Origin: Amoebophrya sp. A120
Lineage: Eukaryota > Protista > Dinoflagellata
NCBI GenBank assembly: GCA_905178155.1
Contig: CAJINV010000001.1
Location: 4,302,233 to 4,366,232, forward strand
Direction of reading: 5' to 3'
DNA length: 64,000 nt
Shown one piece after another: positions 55,598 to 64,000 of the stretch (positions within the stretch are counted from its first letter, which is position 1; the number at the start of each line of letters is the position of its first letter). A program made the position numbers and the translations under genes. A model generated the notes under the pieces. It worked only from the letters and a program-made list of their open reading frames with translations, made no database searches and was not told where the DNA came from.

Positions 55598-55920
55598 TAT
55601 CAAAATGAAAAAAGCCCCCACCCCATATCAAATGGGAAATCTGTGATGCAGGATTTGTGTACACAAATGCGCGCTGTCATGCAATACGGCATCGCAACCA
55701 GATGCGCAGCCTACGGAGGGACATTTGGGTCTAGGTGCTTAGCATTACAAACGGCTGTCCTCTAGGCCCAACAGCATGCCAAACCGCTTCCATAATGGCG
55801 CGGAAGCCTCTGCGTTTGTCTTCTTGCAAGACAGACGTGATTTGTGGTCTCAAATCAGCAAGACAAATTTTCGAAAGCATGCCTTTTTGATATGGGGAGG
55901 GGGGATTTTTCCTCTCAATA
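55598..55920. mobile_element. TIR element (323 bp), inverted homolog of 49931-50252, upstream of eIF5
   Basis: TAT...ATA ends with CCCCCACCCCATATCAAA / TTTGATATGGGGAGGGGGG; TSD TCGTG at 55593-55597 and 55921-55925; internal sequence aligns with the reverse complement of 49931-50252. Confidence 0.92.
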
Positions 55921-56856
55921 TCGTGGCCCAGGAACTCTCATACAAGCAGGAACTTCTGTGGTCACTGCTGCGAGGGAAAGAAGAACTATGCTCCGCGCGA
56001 CGAGTTCCGTATCAAAACCCGAGGCGTGATTCGATTGTTGTGTTTTATTCGATAGTCTGAACTAGAAACGGTTCAGACACGATACTCGGTCTTAATTTGT
56101 AATGTTTTCGTTCCTGTGCAACTAAAACAGATGAGTTGAGTGAAAAATTCTTGGGCGCAGTTGTTGCTTCAAAGATTTCGTAAAAACACCAAGTTATAAC
56201 AGTTGCTAGCAAAGCATAAGCTTCGAGGTTGGTATCGCGATTTACAGAGTGTAAGATCGGGAGGTTAGTATGGGGGCCAAAATGGAGCCACTGTGAAAAA
56301 CTGAGGAGAAGTCGAAAATTTGGATTTGTCGCAGGCGCAGGTGGGTGATCTCTTTACATGTTACTTCTGATGTGGTTCATTTATCAATCTACATCTTCTC
56401 ATTTGGTCTCGTACGGATCAAGATTTAGCTTTGCACGAGGCGCGTTCGTTTCTTTTTGCGTACGGCTCCTCGCATATTATATTTTGGAGAGACATCGAAA
56501 TATTCATACGTATAGACCGAATCTGATCTCGGTGAGAATTTCGCGCTCGCTCAAACCGATCTTGTGTGCGATTCGGCAACACGTATTGACTTGATTGTTC
56601 TCTACGTGTACCATTCATGATTAGCGGTGAGTGCCTAAGCTACTTCCGCAAGTACTTCTTGTTCTTTCTCTTTTCTTCCATATTCATTTTTCACTCGCGT
56701 AATAAATGCGATGGACGTCGTCCTGTTAGAAGTCAAACTATTCTAGTCGCTTTCTGTCGCTGTCGCTCTGTCGTACGGGTACTTTTCTTGGTTCGGTTAC
56801 TTAGGCACAACTTCTCAGCTGGCTTCATCCACGAGGCCGAGGCCAAGCATCTGCTC

Positions 56857-59800
56857 TTAGATACAGACTGCTTTTTTGTACAGAGTTGCCCTGGCCTTGT
56901 AAAACTGCTCGCAGCAGGTTCCCTCCAACTGGATGGTGTCGCTGCTGCTGAGGTAGCTAAGTTTGGCCTTGTCGTCGATGTGTAGCACCCGCTTGCCGAA
57001 TTGCGATTTGAACTCCGTCACGAACGTCTTGTTATCCGCCCGCGCTTCGTCTGCCAGCGTCTGCTTGAATTGCGAGAGTTTCGGGGGACAGACCAGCAGC
57101 GTTGGGTAGGATCCTAGTTGCGAGCTCGTGGGATGAATGTTGTCCTTCTCCCCCGTTGTTTCCGTCGGGTCCCGAATGTTCATTTCCGCTCCCTGCGCTC
57201 CGATTTCCTTCGGAATCAGCTGCAATTTGGGTGGCTTCGAAGCATTGCTGGCCTTGTTGTTCAACCCGGTAAGAACCACTCCACCTCCCGCACCGCCGGC
57301 GACCAAAGCGTTTTTCCCGGATGGCCCAAAGGTCCACATGTCCACTTCGTCGTCCTTTTCGTCGCCGGGGCTCGCCGTCACTTGGGCCTGCACAAACGCT
57401 ATGCGCGCACTCTGGCATTTCGACCAAGCCAACGAATTGATGAAGTCCTCGTGCAGCTCTGCGCGGCGTTTCCGCCGGGAAAAGCCGCTTCCGAAGTGGA
57501 CAATGTTAGAATCATCCAGGTTCGCGTCCATGTTGGGCGCAAATGTTTTCACGGTCGTCGACGTCTGGCTCATCGCCTCGTACTGCAGCTTCAGGGTGTT
57601 CGTCGCTTCCTCCGCCACGTAATTCTTCGTGGGGAGCAGAATCAGCTGCAGTGGCGACGCGGAGGAGATCAGCGCGCGCATGTCTCGGTGGTCTTTCAAC
57701 CCCAAGGGCGCGTAGCAGACCATGCACTCCACGAGCAGTTCCAAATCGAGCACATCGATTTTCATGGGCTCCCGGAACCGCACACGCAAATCCCACAACC
57801 AGTCAAAGTCCGGATTGTTCTGGTTCGCAGCCGCGCTGCCGGAGGCACCTGGTGAGTGTGGGTGGGGGGAGGGAGTTGAAATAGAATAAGATTCAGAATG
57901 ATCTTCCGACGTCAACATAATTATGGAAAAATTCGCAACTTGTGGTCTTCGCAACTGCAAACGTTCAACCTTTTCATCTGGAGCGCGAAAAACTAAAACC
58001 TGATGGTGTATGAAGTAAATTTTTTCTGCGATCAATCTACATCTGAATCATCTCCATAAAACAGCCAGTACCTGTGGCCCCGTCCCCCGTGACGACGGAC
58101 TCATATTCGTGGGTTGTCTTCCATGCCTCGATTTCTTTGTTCGATAGCGGCTGCCCGTAATCATCACCTCGGGCCTGCACAAACTCGAAAGTAAAGTTTT
58201 TGTGCTTCGGAAACAAGTTCAAATCTTGAAAAAACGAGGCATCTTCGTCATCGAAAGCGACGTGTTCCTGTGGTATTTGTGTGTTTCAACTTCATTTCTT
58301 TCCGCTACGCCTTCTAGAAGAGAACCTCCGCATTCAAGGCCACCTGTTCGCTAGCTGTGCCACACGAATTTAATCGAGAAATGTAGAGTGAGAGGTCTGT
58401 TGTACCTGTGGAGCGTCCCCCGCACCAGCTGCCGCGCCACTTGTGACGTGCGCTGCGCCGTCGTTTTCTCTCTGTAACGCCGTATGCAGGTCCTGCCTCC
58501 TTTTTCTCTTTGCCGTGAGGTCCTGCTGTCGCCGCACTTCTTCTTCGCATTTGCGTTCGTAGTACCTGGTGATGTCATTATCAATATTCATATTGAAACC
58601 CATACTTTTAGCGCGGTCGTGCATCAGAAACTGTCAATGAGCGGTGTGCGACAGTTCATCATCATCATAATCATCAGTTGAAAAAAAATGTACAACAGGA
58701 GGGATGTATCCATGATACTTTCTCAGCTCCTGCTCGCTCCATCGCGTTTTGATGTATTGCCTGGTGTTGTACTGTCGCTGCTGGACTTTATTTACGATGA
58801 AGTCCGTCATAAGCTCGTTCGCAAGACTGTCGTCCGGTACGTTAGAGTACCCCAGGAGCCAAACCATGTTTTTCGGGTTGCGGCAGATTTGCAGGAAAAA
58901 TTCACGGGCTTCGCCGTTCTCCAAAGAGTGCCCGTTGGCAACGATCACCTTGTTGGTGCCCATGCCAATCGCCTTGCTCCCCTTCTTCGACTCTCGGGCG
59001 GCCCAGTCCTCCAGCGAGGCGAACAGCTTCACGTGCGAAAACCTTTATTTTTGTCGATTGTTTTAGATTTTATTTGCAGGTCGTCGCGGGTCCCCAGACT
59101 GCAGAACTATCGGAAAACGACTCAGGTTTTCTAGATTTATAAAGCTACCACTAGTTGTGTCTGAAAATTCTCAACCTAACGAAACAAACACTGACAGTGA
59201 CTTCAATACCTGAACGGCGTTCGCTTTGCGTGGTGGTACTGTTCTTGGAGTTTCTTGCAGACCCACTCCATCCTCGTTCGTGCCTGCTCCAGCACGACGT
59301 CTGCGACTGGGCTGACCCAGCAGATTTCAAATTTCTCCGCAAGGGCGTTGTCTACATTCCAGGCTTCGTCCAGCAAGTGAATCACCTCGAGCGCACTGGT
59401 ACAAGTCCCATCGGTGGGGATCAGAATGTCGCCGCCGTTACGAAGCACCTCGATCGTCTTCTCAAGAAAGTACTCCTCACCGCACGTGCGGCAGATCTGA
59501 TTTTTTTTGCAGTTCGACCGACATGTTCATTGTAATTCTTCAATCACGATTCATATCTCTTTTTTTCGTAGCTGCTCCCCCTTTTTTAACATCTTCCAGC
59601 TTGTGTCAATCGACAAATTTTATTGCACCATTAAACCAACCAACATCTATACCGACTTCACACTTCCGTGGCCTCCCTTCTTTCCTTGTGCTGCGTTCGT
59701 CGGTGCGGTCGCTGTTATCGACCGTTCGTTCCCCAACCTGGGGATATCCTTTCGTGTGGGTGGTACCGCCGTGATAAAGATGTGATTTCTTGAGATCGTG

Positions 59801-60621
59801 GCTGATCCGCTCACTCCGATGGTGAGCAAGGTCTGCAAGTCCAGTCCGTCCACTATTCGGGTGGACCGCAAATCGTAATCGAGGCAGTACACGACTTTCT
59901 GCAGCCCAAAATGCAGAAAGAAGTACGTTCCGCCGATGGTCGACCCGCAGGGGTGCGCCTGCACGGTGCACTCCAGCTGCCCCTGCTGTGCGGTGGACTG
60001 TGGGTTATTCTTGCCGTAATTTGCGCCATTATTCCCGGTGCTGCTCCGCTTCTTCGCGGAGAGGGGTCGGTTTTGCGACCCGGTGGACATGCGGTTCTTA
60101 TTGTTTTCTTTGTCGTAGTCATCGTCGTCGTCCTCGGCGTTTATACCATCCTGTCTCTGGTTGTTGATTTCCCCGTCTGCGCCAGCGAGCCCCAACACCG
60201 GCTTTCGGTAGAGGAAACGTTCGCCGAATTTCAAACCTTGGAAGTTCTGCGAAAGGAAGGCAGCGACGACGTCCTCCAGTTCCATCCAATCCACATTCTT
60301 CAACAGACTCTGCTCTTCGAAAAACGCGATGCAGGCCAGCTCGCCGAGCTGCCGCACGGGGTCCGTGCACAGTACCGGCGCGTGCAGCTCGTGCTTGGCG
60401 AACAGCCAGGGCAAGCCGCCACAGTGCTGGATGGAGGGGTGCGAGATCAAAACGAAGGAGATCTCCGGAATGTAGGGAATCAGTGGCTGGTACAAATCCT
60501 CAATGTCGACGTTCTCCATCGCTACCGGAAGTCCCGCGTCGAGTAGAATGAAAATCCCGTCCACGTGCAGGAGCGAACATCGCCACTGCGACGCGTCCGG
60601 AGAAATGGCTATCAGCGACAT
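56857..60621 (-). CDS. CPSF2: Cleavage and polyadenylation specificity factor subunit 2 (CPSF100)
   Basis: Inactive metallo-beta-lactamase N-terminus (SLLHVDGIFILLDAG, VLISHPSIQHCGGLPW), LRNGGDILIPTD, beta-CASP-like region, C-terminal LEGTCCEQFYKARATLY. Multi-exon. Confidence 0.85.
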
Positions 60622-61699
60622 GATCGCGGAGTTGTTCTCCTTGTAAAATTCTATTCGGCTGCGATCTTTCCGATCCCGCAACGTTTGGGATTTATCAAAA
60701 TCAGTGTGTTGTGTATCTTAGACCGCAATTGCGTAGCTCTGACGCTACGGGGACTCAAAGAAGTCGCTCCCCATCGCAAAAGCGGGGAACTTCTAGAGAC
60801 TTGTTCTCTACTATTCGGTACAACTTTTGGCTAAAAATATTTTATCAAAAATCTTCAGATCGACAAAGAAAACGATGAAGTGAGTCTTCGTGGGAAAGAA
60901 TCGATTTGTTCCAAAAATGACGGAGTGTTATTGTGGTGTCGCTGCTGTAAAAGTCGTTACGCTCTCGTTCCGGTTCCGGTTCCGGATCGATAGAAGATCA
61001 CAAAAAACTTGTTGACATCACACACAAGGGATCGGAAAAAACAAAAATCTGTTCAAGCACTGGGATCTTGCCAAGAAGATGATCTTGATCTGTGCAAAAA
61101 GAACTTCAAATAAGTAAGTAGAGATCCTGTAAGTACTTTGTGGAGTGAGTTAAGAACAGCTTTAGTGTAGTGGAACCTATCGGTTTCGGCAGTAGTCTGG
61201 TTTCCGCATCGGAGCTATCGCGAAGGCATAAAGTAAGTGTGCGTTGCTGTAGTATACTGTAAGTGCGCGCGATGCAGTTGTAAAGCATCTATGAATATGC
61301 AGTCTATGGCTGAATGCGAGCGGTTAACGTTATGGTACATGTTTGCAAAGGCATTTGAGTGTGTTTGTGTTCGTCAAGTGGCATTCTTGTTCAGGTCTAG
61401 TACGTTCAGGCTGAATAACTTCTTTAAAAATTTGACTTCCTTTTTCTGGTGCGGATTCGGATGCACTTCTTTTTAACAAACGTAAAGGCTGAGATCGGTT
61501 TCTGGTGATGCAAAAAGTTGCATACCGTGTGCCCAAAACGTCAAAAATTTGCGATCTCCGTGGCGCGGCAGACCGTTTTCAAAGCAGTTGCCAGGACCAC
61601 CGCACGAAAAGAACAAGGGCAACCCTGTCACGATCTGAACTCCCACGACCTATTGTCAATTCATTCCTCGAAAAAGCGCAGCATCCCTTGCAATTGCTG

Positions 61700-62733
61700 C
61701 TAGCAGGCACAGGATTTGCCCCCCGAGTCCTTCACAGCGGACGGGCCTGCGGTGAGCGAAACTCGATCGCGGTGTCGCTGCGCCGTGTTCGCCAGGAGCC
61801 CGCTCGTGGCGAATTGGTCGAGCACACGTTCGCCGACGGATACAAAGGCATCGGCAACGCCCTTGCCCGATTTTGCCGACACAGCGAAAAATGGGATCCC
61901 GAACCTACGAAAAAGAACAAGTTGATTTTCGAGAAATTGCCACACTGAGACCGACATCTTCTTCGAGGCAGGTATATTGAAGCACATGAGATGAAAAAAT
62001 GCAGCGGATCATTTAAGCATCACTCAGGCAGATCAAGTAGGTACTCATCTGCGAGCTCCTTTCCCTTCGCTGCCTGAACGCCCTGCGGTGATTTCAAATC
62101 ACTTTTGTTGCCCAACAAACACGTCTGTACGCCGTCAGGTGCGCTGCCTTGGATCTGTTGCATCCAGGTGCGCACATTCTGAAACGTCGCGGGCTGGGAC
62201 TGGTCGTAAACCAGCAGTATGCCGTGCGCATTCCGGTAGTACTGTTCAGTTATCGTACGAAACCGCTCCTGTCCAGCAGTGTCCCAGATTTGCAGTTTCA
62301 CCTTCTCCTTCGCCAGATTCGTGTATTTGACCCGGTAGTCGATTCCTATGTTGAAAAAAATGGCGTCGAACATAAGTTCAAGGTAGTTCTTTCGAGTGGC
62401 AGCACTGACGGAAAAAAAAAACACTACTACACTTGTAGAATACACACCGTGTGACAAATACACAGATCATCAACACGTTAGCGCGTTTCTGTAGTACAGG
62501 CTAGTAGCAAAAGCTGCACCTATTGTGCTGAGGTAGGTGGAGCTCCACTCATCGTCGCAGTACCGCATGAGCAATGACGATTTGCCAACCCCACTGTCCC
62601 CGATGAGAAGTAGCTTCAGAATCTTTTGCTGTTGGCCCGTTCCGCTACTGGCACCGGAGCCACCACTTTGGTAGCTGCCTGTCAGACGGCTCGCGTCTGA
62701 CGACCGGGAGGAAGAAATTACTGAGGAAGGCAT
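61700..62733 (-). CDS. Rab GTPase, Rab8/Sec4/Rab1-like
   Basis: [16 protein letters not shown]|[33 protein letters not shown]-terminal CAC prenylation motif; three exons. Confidence 0.92.
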
Positions 62734-63617
62734 CTCGTCTTTTTGTTTTTTCCCCTCCGCTCTTCCAGCTCCTCTCCTCAAACTGCTCACGCACAGATGC
62801 AGAAACAGATCTTCAAGCACAACTGAATGAAATTAAGGTCCTCGTCCAAATTGTTGCGGAGGATGCAATGTCTTGATATCTCTCACCACTCTAAGTAGAA
62901 AACGCGTCGTCCTGATGTCCCAGCACTCGCGTTTCTTCTCTCCGTATACGGAGCCTCTTCTTTGCGGCACTCGTCACTACACTCCCCTGGTGCAGAGAAT
63001 CGTCGGAATCGACGACTGATCTAAAGAACTCGGTCCGCCATTACTGAATGCAGGGCCGACTGAACAGCAGAGGCAGACGTTTATGGAACAAAAGCCTGAC
63101 TGTCTTCTGGCTGAGAACTTGTTATGATTTTGTTGCCAATACTATTGCAGCAGCTGCGAGCAGCGGATGGGGAGGCCGCAACTACGCGTTCCGATAAGGC
63201 TACACGACATCATACACATCATACAACACCATATCTTCAAAATCGTCATCGAAGGTATGGAGGATGGACATCACAGTATCTATCAGATACAAAGACTGAT
63301 TTTTTTTGCACCTCGATCGGCATTTCCTTCAAAATTCAAAAGAGTCGATGTGACAAGCGGTGTGGCTCCTTCGCTGCTTCCCGACGGAAGCCACAACGAG
63401 CAGAGAAAAAGGCTGCTGAACATGAAGAGGATTACCACTGCGTTGCTGACCAACTCTGCTCTGTCGACCACGACTGCGCCACTACAACTTTTGGTAGTCT
63501 TCTAAGTAGTGCCAAGTTGGTTCCTTCCCGATGAAAAAAACTACTTATTTCCACCAGTACCTAGTAGCAAAACAGATCACGCCCCCGCCGAGCAATCGAG
63601 GACGATCTGCACTCCTA

Positions 63618-64000
63618 CTAGCTCACATGCGCCATTACCACGTTCACCTCTGCACCCTGCGGCTTTGCTTTCTTATGTGCGACCAGAACGCGGGAGTCGG
63701 TTGCAAAAAACTTTCCGCCGATCTGCACAACCATCATGGCATTTTCTTTCTTGTATGCCACTGGATTTTTGATCAATTCGTCCGCAGTTTCTCTCACAAA
63801 CTTCGCATCAGTCGCATCTTTTGCGACCTGCTGCTTGGTTCTTAGCTTCAATCGTCCCGGCTTCGTCTCACCACTTTGTCGGTCTGGCCGGAGAAAGAAG
63901 ATATTGTTCAGGGGGACGGTAGCCTTGATCCACGGACCCCACTTGCTGACCTTGCCGTTCAGAATATCCTGCAGTTTGTCCAAAGGCAAAAGAACTCGGT
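63618..64000 (-). CDS. 3' end of a hypothetical protein entering from the window edge
   Basis: Open frame with coding-like composition; no recognisable motif. Confidence 0.5.
   Translation of the reverse strand, partial: RVLLPLDKLQDILNGKVSKWGPWIKATVPLNNIFFLRPDRQSGETKPGRLKLRTKQQVAKDATDAKFVRETADELIKNPVAYKKENAMMVVQIGGKFFATDSRVLVAHKKAKPQGAEVNVVMAHVS

Noticed and set aside
1-64000. Genome-wide stop-codon reassignment
   Set aside because: ORFs of 800-1800 aa, including polyQ-rich ones, contain no internal TAA/TAG/TGA, and genes end at standard stops.
1-64000. CRISPR arrays, tRNA or rRNA genes
   Set aside because: None seen; the short rRNA matches at 1165-1470 are snoRNA guides.

Overview
Eukaryotic, gene-dense, intron-containing DNA. 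All 11 host genes I can reconstruct lie on the minus strand: JmjC oxygenase, GT25-JmjC fusion, coiled-coil hypothetical, GT15/EGF protein, DUF1349-like Q-rich protein, TTLL, FAM184-like, eIF5, CPSF2, Rab8-like and a partial ORF. The architecture suggests an alveolate, most likely the parasitic dinoflagellate Amoebophrya (inference). Two full-length Ty1/Copia LTR retrotransposons sit antisense inside host introns, and both separate gag from the downstream frame with a UGA. The main signal is a set of nine short elements (eight of 207-323 bp, one of 491 bp because another is nested in it) with TAT...ATA terminal inverted repeats, 5-bp target-site duplications and a shared GCATNACA motif. Seven interrupt coding sequence and must be removed exactly (element plus one TSD), yet no register gives GT-AG, GC-AG or AT-AC ends: transposon-derived non-canonical introns (introners). 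Also found: an intronic cluster of three C/D-box snoRNAs, an in-frame TAA inside the TTL domain, the same GCATNACA motif arrayed in a Copia 3' UTR, and GATC clusters upstream of genes. All calls come from manual reading; no database searches were run.
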